A stretch of 64,000 bases of DNA, from positions 245,520-309,519 of the forward strand of contig CBFHOE010000003.1 in assembly GCA_965657355.1 (NCBI GenBank), read 5' to 3'. This stretch comes from Limisphaerales bacterium. GTDB lineage: Bacteria > Verrucomicrobiota > Verrucomicrobiia > Limisphaerales > JAJOIW01. The notes under the pieces are model-generated. The model was not told the origin of the DNA, did not search any database, and saw only the letters and a list, made by a program, of their open reading frames with translations. Below, in pieces: positions 19,766 to 27,823 of the stretch (its first letter is position 1; the number at the start of each line of letters is the position of its first letter). The position numbers and the translations under genes were made by a program.

Positions 19766-20512
19766 CTAGACGCAACCATTGGTTTTAGAAGTCCATTGGT
19801 ATAGGAAATTATCGAAGGAAACGACCAAAGTCGGTTCACTCGATTTAATGAGCTGATCTTTGATAGGGACACTTCCCCGAGTCGTCCATGTCTTATTCAA
19901 ATGTGGTCGCCATAAGAAATTTAAAATATCTACGTTCATCTCAGGATGAAACTGCAGACCTAATATCATGTTTTTCCATTTAAATGCTTCAATAGGGCAG
20001 ATACGACTCTCAGCTAATACTTCCAAGTCATTTGGTAACTCTTTCACATGCTCCAAGTGTGAGGTCAGCCAATTAGTTTTGGCGAATCCATGAAAACCGC
20101 TCGCAATTAAAAATTTGTCCTTCTGGCCTAAAGGTTTGAGATTGACGTTTCCAACGCGCGGGCCAGATTTTAATTTTTCAACCTTTCCTCCAAAAACCGA
20201 CGCAATAAGTTGATGCCCATAACATATCCCAATGAGTTTCTTTTCGTTTTCAATGCACCAAGTCACCCATTTTTCCATCTCTTGAGTGGCATAATCATTT
20301 TTCGTCACACTGCGAATGGACCCCGAAAGAATGCAAAGGTCGAAATTTTTTGTCTTCCAGTGCTCTTTTTTCTGCGCCCAATGGACGTATTGGCATTTAA
20401 AAGCGGGGTTTCGACCAAGCCCCGCGCGGAACCACGCTCCCCGAGCCGCATACGGGTGGGCTCGATCGTAAGGCTTACCCCAGTCCATAGTGTCGACAAT
20501 CAAAATTGACAT
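19766..20512 (-). CDS. Type 1 glutamine amidotransferase (GMP-synthase-like)
   Basis: GICYGHQL and QFHPE catalytic motifs; start chosen at ATG 20512 (alternative 20545) to avoid overlap with the divergent gene. Confidence 0.85.
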   Translation of the reverse strand: MSILIVDTMDWGKPYDRAHPYAARGAWFRAGLGRNPAFKCQYVHWAQKKEHWKTKNFDLCILSGSIRSVTKNDYATQEMEKWVTWCIENEKKLIGICYGHQLIASVFGGKVEKLKSGPRVGNVNLKPLGQKDKFLIASGFHGFAKTNWLTSHLEHVKELPNDLEVLAESRICPIEAFKWKNMILGLQFHPEMNVDILNFLWRPHLNKTWTTRGSVPIKDQLIKSSEPTLVVSFDNFLYQWTSKTNGCV

Positions 20513-20628
20513 TACTTTTCCCCAATGGTCATTTTTTTGATGCATGAAAATCGCGCCTTTAATTCGGTCTTTGTGTTTGATAAAAATGCCCTGCGTATCA
20601 AATTTATTCCAGATATTCAGAATCGGAA

Positions 20629-21879
20629 ATGGTTTTAGAAAAATCAAAAATACTTTGTGGCCTCGGTGTCCACTACCGGAAATCTAAACTCGGCAGAACA
20701 GGTGAAGCCGCAAAGGATTTCAGTATTCATTTTGGTAAACTCATTGAAGACGTCTCAATTACGCGTTCCAGCGAGACAGAAAATGCCATTAATGAACTTC
20801 TTGCCGTCGAGAGGTTGGGGGGGCTCACCCTGGATCGTGACCAAAAAGATTTTTCGTCAATTATTCAAATTCGCGTTTCTCGTATACAGGAGAATGAGCT
20901 TTTTAAAGCGATCGGCGAACTATCTCCGAAACAGGAGCGCATGGCTCTTTCAGAATTATTCGGAAGTTATATCAATGCCCCTGTACCAGATGCTTATCGC
21001 GGAGCTTGGAATTTCTGGTGCCAAATTCACTCACAAAATGCCCTTAAAGGTAAGGCGCTTGCTGCTTTCAATAAGGATAAACCAGAGGAAATCAAAGAGA
21101 TCCTTGAACTTATTGTCAAACTCTTCAAGTGGCCGCATGCCAGCCAAATATCTCTTGTAAGCGGTGTCTTGTGCGGAGATACCACTCGTATACACAAAAT
21201 TTACCCGAGGTTAATAAAAGTTCTCAACACCTTCACCGATGGAAGTATTACCGGCCTCCAAGATTTTGGAATAATCCTTGAATCGTGCCATTGTCATTTC
21301 CACGGGAGAATTAGGCTCCACATAAATCGTACTATTGTTGATTTCTCTGGATTTCGTTCCGGTATAAAAATTGAGGACATTGACATTCACAGTCTTATCG
21401 ATGTTGATGTCAGCTCTCCTCGTTGTGTTGTTGTCCAAAAAGAAGCAGCCTTTTACGAGTTAGTCAAATTGAATTGCGGCGACCTTTTAGTCCGGTCAGA
21501 TTACCCTAACGAGCCAACAGTGAAGTTCCTTCAAGCACTGCCAGATTCTCTTGATTTTTGGTTTTTCGGTAACTCTGATGCAATTGGGTTTGATGTCTTA
21601 CGTGAGTTGAGAAAATTGACTGGAAAATCGTTCAAGCCTCTGCATATGAATTTCAGGTCTGGGTCCGGCCATGACAACAATCAGCTCCTTCAAACCGAAC
21701 GAAAACTCTTGGAAGCTCTCCTCCAAGCGCCCGAAGTGCAAGACATGAAACCATGGATTCAGGATATTCTTGAAAATAATTCCAATGGCAATTACGAGCA
21801 AGAGACTCTCGGCGTCCCGACCTTAGACTGGTTCCCTTATTTCGAGTCAAATCGTCCGAACACAATTGAAGCTCACTAA
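20629..21879 (+). CDS. Wadjet JetD-like (DUF3322/DUF2220 TOPRIM) protein with degenerate active site, orphan
   Basis: Resembles recalled Verrucomicrobia JetD-domain proteins along its length (GRTG, LCGD, HGRIRL, GFDVLRELR, EQETLG); TOPRIM positions read VQKE and GNSD. Confidence 0.7.
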   Translation: MVLEKSKILCGLGVHYRKSKLGRTGEAAKDFSIHFGKLIEDVSITRSSETENAINELLAVERLGGLTLDRDQKDFSSIIQIRVSRIQENELFKAIGELSPKQERMALSELFGSYINAPVPDAYRGAWNFWCQIHSQNALKGKALAAFNKDKPEEIKEILELIVKLFKWPHASQISLVSGVLCGDTTRIHKIYPRLIKVLNTFTDGSITGLQDFGIILESCHCHFHGRIRLHINRTIVDFSGFRSGIKIEDIDIHSLIDVDVSSPRCVVVQKEAAFYELVKLNCGDLLVRSDYPNEPTVKFLQALPDSLDFWFFGNSDAIGFDVLRELRKLTGKSFKPLHMNFRSGSGHDNNQLLQTERKLLEALLQAPEVQDMKPWIQDILENNSNGNYEQETLGVPTLDWFPYFESNRPNTIEAH

Positions 21880-21932
21880 TTTCACATTCATTTTTGAATG
21901 GCTTAATTTTAATTTTTGCATAAATTACGAAG

Positions 21933-22613
21933 ATGCCTCACCACAAACCGACTGCTTTTTACTTTGTTGTCAGCCTGATTTTTACGATAGCTGGGATTCA
22001 AACTAACGCCATCGCCCAAAGCTACAAAAGAAGCGATTACGAAATTCGCCAGGACGAGGTTAAAAAGCCTATGGTTTTGCGCTCCTTCATCGTTGGTGGT
22101 CCGGCCAGAGCCATTTCTGTTGGGACTCCTGAGGGTATCCACTACTGTTTTGATGCTTCCAATCCCAGGGTCGTATCCGCGTGGTCCGGAGATTTCCTGG
22201 ATATTGGCCCCGATCGTGGCTATGGCAAAGGAAGAGGCGGGAAGCACGCTAAAGTTCTCGGAAAAAAATTTGATATCGGCGATGCCGGTTTTCCCTTTTT
22301 GATCAATGGATCGAAGCCAACCAAAATAGAATTCCTTGGTTACCGCACAAAACCATATCCAGAATTTTATTACTCTATTAACGATTCCATAAAAATTTCT
22401 CAACTTATCAAACCCGATAAAAAATCCCATGGTCTTGAATACCATTTCTCAATCTCCGGGGCTTCTCAAAGCCTCAACTTTAAACTCGATGATTCGCAAG
22501 TTGTCGTCTCTTCGAATAAAGGGAATTACAAAGGCGGCCTGGTCACATTGACCCCTGCTGAATCGACCAAATTTACTATCTCTGTTCATCCTAAAGTTTC
22601 TAAACCTGAATAA
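21933..22613 (+). CDS. Secreted hypothetical protein (domain seen in PVC cytochrome-c/dehydrogenase-associated proteins)
   Basis: Signal peptide; RAISVG.P.G.HYCFDA...AWSGDFLD motif. Confidence 0.6.
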   Translation: MPHHKPTAFYFVVSLIFTIAGIQTNAIAQSYKRSDYEIRQDEVKKPMVLRSFIVGGPARAISVGTPEGIHYCFDASNPRVVSAWSGDFLDIGPDRGYGKGRGGKHAKVLGKKFDIGDAGFPFLINGSKPTKIEFLGYRTKPYPEFYYSINDSIKISQLIKPDKKSHGLEYHFSISGASQSLNFKLDDSQVVVSSNKGNYKGGLVTLTPAESTKFTISVHPKVSKPE

Positions 22614-22646
22614 AAACGCCACATAAAACCTTCCGAACTAGTCATT

Positions 22647-24134
22647 ATGAAATTTGTAAAAACCGCGTTAATTGGATGTCTCACTTTCGGTCTCTCCTGG
22701 GTCGCTTTCGGGCAGGGCCTTGATTGGAATAAGCTCCCTGCTGGATATAAGGTTGAAAAAATTGCCACTCCTGAAGGAGTGGTCCTCGGTGCTAGTGCTC
22801 TGGCAATTAACAAAAATGATGAAGTTTTTCTTTGCAGCCGGGAAGGGCAAGTTTGGAGATATAAAGAAGATCAATGGTTGCTTGTTGCTGAAGGGCTTCA
22901 CGAGCCACTCGGTATCCTCGTGAACGAGAAAAAAGGTTCCCTCATTGTAGTCCAAAGGCCTGAAATGACTGAGCTCGTCGATGAAGATGGAGATGGAAAA
23001 ACTGATTTTTTCAGAACCATAAACGACGATTGGGGACTAACTGACAATTATCACGAATACGCATTCGGATTGGTTAAGGACAAAGATGGCAATTTGTACG
23101 GCACGCTCAATACCTCTCTGAGTTGGCCTGGGTGGGCTGGCAGCGACAGGTGGGACATTGGTCGTGTTCATGACTCAAAAATGGGTCGAGCCGCCCCTTA
23201 CCGTGGATGGTCTTTTAGAATCACTCCAGAAGGGAAGTTTGAACCTTGGTCGTCTGGACTAAGGTCACCGGCAGGCGTCGGTATTAATGCTAAAGGAGAT
23301 ATTTTTTACACGGACAATCAGGGGGACTGGAATGCCACATCTTCCCTACATCATGTGGTCAAGGGACGCTTCCATGGACATCCAAGTTCATTGATGGACC
23401 ACCCCGACTTCAAAAATAAAGACCTGAATTCTATTTCAATCAAAGATTATGAAAAAATTTGGACTCGTCCTGCTGTATGGTTACCTCATGGCCAACTGTC
23501 AAATAGCCCTGGCGAACCAACATTTGACAATACCGGTGGAAAATTTGGCCCTTTTAAAGGCCAGGCATTTGTGGGGGACCAAACGATGTCAAACCTAATG
23601 AGGGTTTCCATGCAGAAGGTCAAAGGAGAATATCAAGGCGCTGTATGGAATTTTATCCGCCCACTCGAATGTGGTGTCATACGTCAGGTTTTCGATTCCA
23701 AAGGAAGACTATACATAGGCCAGACAGGAAGAGGCTGGGGCTCCGCTGGAAAAGAACTCTTTGGATTTCGGAGAATTTCCTGGGATGGAAAGACGACGCC
23801 ATTTGAAATGAAAACAATTCGGCTCACTAAAAAGGGATTTAGAATAGTGTTCACTCAACCAGTTGCGAGGGAAGCATTCGAAAACCCTGAGAACGTTCAA
23901 ATTGAAAGCTGGAAATACAAATACCATGCTGATTATGGCTCTCCTCAAGTCGATAAAAAACAGCTCCCCATCGATATTAAGTTTTCCAAAAATAATCCGG
24001 CGGTGGTGAACATTTCACTACCTTTGGAGACGGAAAGAGTCTACAAATTCACTTTCAAAAATACTAAATCACAAACCGATATGCCTCTTACCAATAATAT
24101 TGGTTTTTATACTTTGAATAATCTTGTTGAGTAG
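22647..24134 (+). CDS. Secreted beta-propeller protein (glucose/sorbosone dehydrogenase-like, PVC type)
   Basis: Signal peptide; GLHEPLG, DEDGDGKTD, NYHEYAFG, SGLRSPAG, TDNQGDW, FGPFKGQ. Confidence 0.75.
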   Translation: MKFVKTALIGCLTFGLSWVAFGQGLDWNKLPAGYKVEKIATPEGVVLGASALAINKNDEVFLCSREGQVWRYKEDQWLLVAEGLHEPLGILVNEKKGSLIVVQRPEMTELVDEDGDGKTDFFRTINDDWGLTDNYHEYAFGLVKDKDGNLYGTLNTSLSWPGWAGSDRWDIGRVHDSKMGRAAPYRGWSFRITPEGKFEPWSSGLRSPAGVGINAKGDIFYTDNQGDWNATSSLHHVVKGRFHGHPSSLMDHPDFKNKDLNSISIKDYEKIWTRPAVWLPHGQLSNSPGEPTFDNTGGKFGPFKGQAFVGDQTMSNLMRVSMQKVKGEYQGAVWNFIRPLECGVIRQVFDSKGRLYIGQTGRGWGSAGKELFGFRRISWDGKTTPFEMKTIRLTKKGFRIVFTQPVAREAFENPENVQIESWKYKYHADYGSPQVDKKQLPIDIKFSKNNPAVVNISLPLETERVYKFTFKNTKSQTDMPLTNNIGFYTLNNLVE

Positions 24135-24221
24135 AATCCGAGAAGTTCACAAAAATCGGCCTATTTGTTGAGGTGAATATAAAGCCTTGGTTATCTATTT
24201 CTATTTATCTTTATCTATAGA

Positions 24222-25205
24222 CTACCCGCCTGCATTCCGAAATGAATGCAGGTCTCTTATTCCAGTGCCGCTCATGCTATGTGCCACTTTCCCTCTCTTT
24301 TTCCCGAGCCATTGGTGGCGATGCTCGAAATATTCCTTTAAATAATCAGCGCTTCCGATAGCTAGCCCTTCGCTAAAATATCTAATTTTCATCTTCAGTG
24401 CTTTTTTTACACTCAACACCCCCTTGCGCTCTCTCTCCGCCATGACTTCCTCAGGAGTAAAACTTTTCTTGCCCTCCCGTTGTTCACCCCCCACTTCGTA
24501 CAAATATACTCGATATCGATGGAGTGCCTCTTGCCATTCGTTTATGCCCGTTCTTCCTGCGCATAACTGCATAATGCCTTTTCTGGCTTTCTTTCCTCCT
24601 GCTATCGCTTCTGCGTAGGAACTCCATCGATATTCGCTGGGGTCCCGAACCATTCCAGCACGTATTGGGTTCAATTCAATATAAGCTGCTGTTCGCATTA
24701 AAGCGTTTTCGCGACCTTCTATGGAGACACTTTTAAAGCGTTCCTCCCACAATGTTCCCTTCCTGTCTAATTTACGATTATACCAGCTACTAAATTTCTG
24801 TTTTATGTCTCTGACAAAGCTAGAAAGGTTATACATTCTCTGACGCAACTGGTCATAAAGTTCTTTCTCATACCTGATATTCCCGAAGTTTTTGTGGCGT
24901 TCGATCATTATATCCATCTGAGCAATTTTCTTTTTAGAGTAGATATTTTTCATCCTGCGGCGCACTTCCTCATCAGAGATTTCATCTGGCTTGACTGGCA
25001 AATGAATTAGAAGATGAAAATGGTTCCCCATGAGGCAATAAGACAGGACTTCCAGGCCAGTAAAGGCTTCGTGTTTTCGAATAAGCCTCAGTAAATACTC
25101 ATTTTCATTATCTTCCATGATGATCCGTCTATCCACAACCCTACTGATCACATGAAAACATTGGGCTCGGTTTTTTGAGATCTGAACATTCCTTGGTACT
25201 CGCAT
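24222..25205 (-). mobile_element. REP-associated tyrosine (RAYT/Y1 HUH) transposase, intact ORF
   Basis: FHVISR, YCLMGNHFHLL (HUH), LWEERFKS, AYIELNPIRAG (catalytic Tyr), YRWSSY; start ATG 25205 (MRVPR). Confidence 0.9.
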
Positions 25206-25215
25206 ATTCGTCGTG

Positions 25216-25243
25216 ATTTTAAAAAACAATGGAACTATGTCAA
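25216..25243 (-). promoter_or_regulatory. Sigma70-type promoter of the transposase
   Basis: Minus strand TTGACA (25243-25238), 16 nt spacer, TAAAAT (25221-25216), about 10 nt before ATG 25205. Confidence 0.6.
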
Positions 25244-25283
25244 TAAATAAGTACCTGGTACTCTGTTTATTTTTAAGAAACTA

Positions 25284-26273
25284 CTAAACGTATTTTCTTG
25301 CTCTTATGTCCTCAAGTATGGCGTAGAGGTCTGGGATGGAATCGATGTTGTGTATGTTTCTGGCTTGTGATTTGGATTTGACCGAAGCGTAAGCATATGC
25401 GCTTTTTCCACCAAGAATGATGCAGGTTGAGGGCGGAAGGTAATCGTGCAGGCGCCCAATTTCATCAGGCAGCTTTGGGTCGTCAGCCGGGTATACAATA
25501 CTCAACGCAACTGCTTTTGCGGAGATTTGAGTGGCCGCACCAGCAATTTCTTCAGCATTGATGTTTGATCCGAGGTATTTGCAGTTCCAACCAACAGACG
25601 AACCTGCAGCATAAACCATGGCAGCGCCTAGCTCGTGGAGCTGACCACTTGGAGTTGCTATAATCAATTTGGGCGCCAACGGGTCAGTGACGTATGGGCG
25701 ACCAATTTCGCATAAAAATTGTCTGATTATTGCTGATGAGAAATGTTCATGGGCAACTTTTAGATTTCCTCCCAGCCACTGTTCTCCAATTGTTTTGGCC
25801 AAGGGACCAATAACCTTTTCAATGAGCCCTTGATGTCCAAATTGCACAGCACCTGCTCTTAGGTTGTTGACAAGCGCCACTTCATCCAGTTCTTTCGTTG
25901 CGACAAGACATTTAGAGACCACTTCACTTGGTGTTAATGGTTTTGTGAAAGTGTTAGGATTGAATTGCTGATTCTTTTCGACTTGCTGGTCCTCATGGAT
26001 GAGTTCCTTGAGTTCGGCGTATGACATCTTTGCTAGCTGCCCGATTCTGTGCCCGCGCTCAGAAGCCAACCTCATATATGTGAGGCGTTGAATATCTTCG
26101 TCGTTGTAAAGTCTTCTGTTGGATCCTGTTCTTTTTGGGGTTACGGCTCCATACCTTTTCTCCCATATCCGCAATACATGAGCCGATAACCCAGTGCGGA
26201 TAGACACAACCTTGATAGGGTGCAGGTTATCCTCTGCCGGTCCAACGCTTATCTCCGAAGATCTCACATTCAT
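25284..26273 (-). CDS. carH: MerR-family cobalamin-binding transcription factor, CarH/LitR-type photoreceptor
   Basis: MerR HTH LRIWEKRYG...RRLY; Wx9EH motif (WLGGNLKVAHEH); B12-binding QLHELG...YLG...VALS...GG. Confidence 0.85.
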   Translation of the reverse strand: MNVRSSEISVGPAEDNLHPIKVVSIRTGLSAHVLRIWEKRYGAVTPKRTGSNRRLYNDEDIQRLTYMRLASERGHRIGQLAKMSYAELKELIHEDQQVEKNQQFNPNTFTKPLTPSEVVSKCLVATKELDEVALVNNLRAGAVQFGHQGLIEKVIGPLAKTIGEQWLGGNLKVAHEHFSSAIIRQFLCEIGRPYVTDPLAPKLIIATPSGQLHELGAAMVYAAGSSVGWNCKYLGSNINAEEIAGAATQISAKAVALSIVYPADDPKLPDEIGRLHDYLPPSTCIILGGKSAYAYASVKSKSQARNIHNIDSIPDLYAILEDIRARKYV

Positions 26274-26277
26274 ACTC

Positions 26278-26454
26278 TGTTTAATAGTATTCCAGTGTAT
26301 TGTCTAAATGTCTAATAAAAAAATAGACAAAAAACATTTGAAAACTAAACAGACTTGTATATTTTAGACAAACAAGACTCGATGTAGAGATTATGAGGAA
26401 AAAATTTAGACAACTACATATTTTTTTTGAACAAAACCTAGATCCATACGTCTA
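26278..26454. promoter_or_regulatory. Divergent promoter region with clustered TAGACA/TnnACA boxes (putative CarH operator)
   Basis: TGTCTA 26301, 26309; TAGACA 26324, 26365, 26407; TAAACA 26346; TGAACA 26428; TGTTTA 26278. Confidence 0.6.
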
Positions 26455-26501
26455 AGTATTAAATTTAAGCGAATATTCACTCTGAAATATTAGAATTAAT
26501 T

Positions 26502-27566
26502 ATGAATGCCACTCGGTCAACAACAGGAAATAGGGTCGTCAATCCCGGCAAAAGCCGCAGAAGCGAATCTTCCAAAAATGAAATCAAAGAATCATCGACG
26601 CTGGACGGGAAGATACTGCTTGCAGATGAACTCCCTGAGAAAGTTCAACTCCGAGTTGAGTCTCCTAAACAAACCAGGAAATCAGCCCCTATTCCAAGCA
26701 TTAATGAAACAGGAAGCTCCTTAGGGCGATACATGCATGAAATAGGTCAAGTCGACCTTCTCAAGCCGGAAGAGGAGAGAGAGCTTGCTGCATTGATTCA
26801 CGCAGGTGACGAATCAGCCCGCGAAAAAATGATCACTGCAAACTTGAGACTGGTCGTCAAGATTGCTAAAGAATACGAAGGATTTGGCCTTCCATTACAA
26901 GACCTCATAAACGAGGGCAATATAGGCCTTATGAAAGCTGTTGAAAGATTTGATCCTAGCAAAGGAAGCAAACTATCTACATACGCTTCCTGGTGGATCA
27001 AACAGGCTGTCAAAAGGGCTCTTGGCAACCAAAGCAAAACAATTCGTTTGCCGCTACATTTGGTGGACCGGCTTTCAAGGATGCGAAAAATTGCTAAAAA
27101 ATATTTCGAGGAATTTAAAAGGGAACCTACAGATGAGGAACTATCAGACGAGCTTGAAATAGCATTGCCGAGAGTGAGATTGTTGAGACGAGCCAGCATG
27201 CGTCCTCTTTCATTGGAAACACCCATTGGGGATGATGAAAGCAGCAGCATAAGCGACATTGTCCCGGATGAAAAAGCTATCAATCCGTACGATCAGCTCG
27301 AAGACAAAGCGCTCAAAGGCTTACTACCAGGTTTGATGCAAACGCTGACATTCCGCGAAGCAGAAATTCTTAAGAGAAGATTTGGGTTGGACGGGAATCC
27401 GGGAATGACACTTGAGGAGGTTGGTGAGCTTTTCGGGGTTACTCGTGAAAGGATCCGGCAGCTTCAAAACGCAGCCCTCAAAAAACTAAGAACCAAAATT
27501 GAGCAGGATCAAGACGTCAATGATTTGGAATTTGATGAAATCCCCCTATTTGCCCAAGCCAGTTAA
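26502..27566 (+). CDS. RNA polymerase sigma70 factor, RpoD/RpoS-like (group 2, no region 1.1)
   Basis: Region 1.2 YMHEIG..LL..EEE; ANLRLVVKIAK, DLINEGNIGLMKAVERFDP, STYASWWIKQ, TIRLP; region 4 TLEEVG..FGVTRERIRQL. Confidence 0.95.
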   Translation: MNATRSTTGNRVVNPGKSRRSESSKNEIKESSTLDGKILLADELPEKVQLRVESPKQTRKSAPIPSINETGSSLGRYMHEIGQVDLLKPEEERELAALIHAGDESAREKMITANLRLVVKIAKEYEGFGLPLQDLINEGNIGLMKAVERFDPSKGSKLSTYASWWIKQAVKRALGNQSKTIRLPLHLVDRLSRMRKIAKKYFEEFKREPTDEELSDELEIALPRVRLLRRASMRPLSLETPIGDDESSSISDIVPDEKAINPYDQLEDKALKGLLPGLMQTLTFREAEILKRRFGLDGNPGMTLEEVGELFGVTRERIRQLQNAALKKLRTKIEQDQDVNDLEFDEIPLFAQAS

Positions 27567-27604
27567 TACTTAATCACTTTTACAACACTACTCAACAAGC
27601 TCTG

Positions 27605-27637
27605 AGCCAATGGTCCTTGAGACACATTGGCTTTTTT
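27605..27637 (+). terminator. Rho-independent terminator after the sigma gene
   Basis: AGCCAATG...CATTGGCT stem followed by a T run. Confidence 0.8.
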
Positions 27638-27823
27638 GATCTCATGAGTGTGCGTTTAAAAACACACCACTTTTAGAATTAAAAAATGGTTGTGTCTTTT
27701 GTTAAATCATTGTTAATATGGCGTGACCCCAAACAGTCTATCTTAGATAGCTGTCCGTATTATCGGATGGGTTTCTGTATTACAATTTACTGTTATACAT
27801 AACAAAAATAACTAATAAACCTG

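Noticed and set aside
20657..22445. Long alternative-frame ORFs (20657-21160 +, 21909-22445 -) and similar shadows at 26798-27283, 39613-40077, 49445-49879, 55181-55585, 60746-61195
   Set aside because: Fully overlap well-supported genes and have no recognisable motifs
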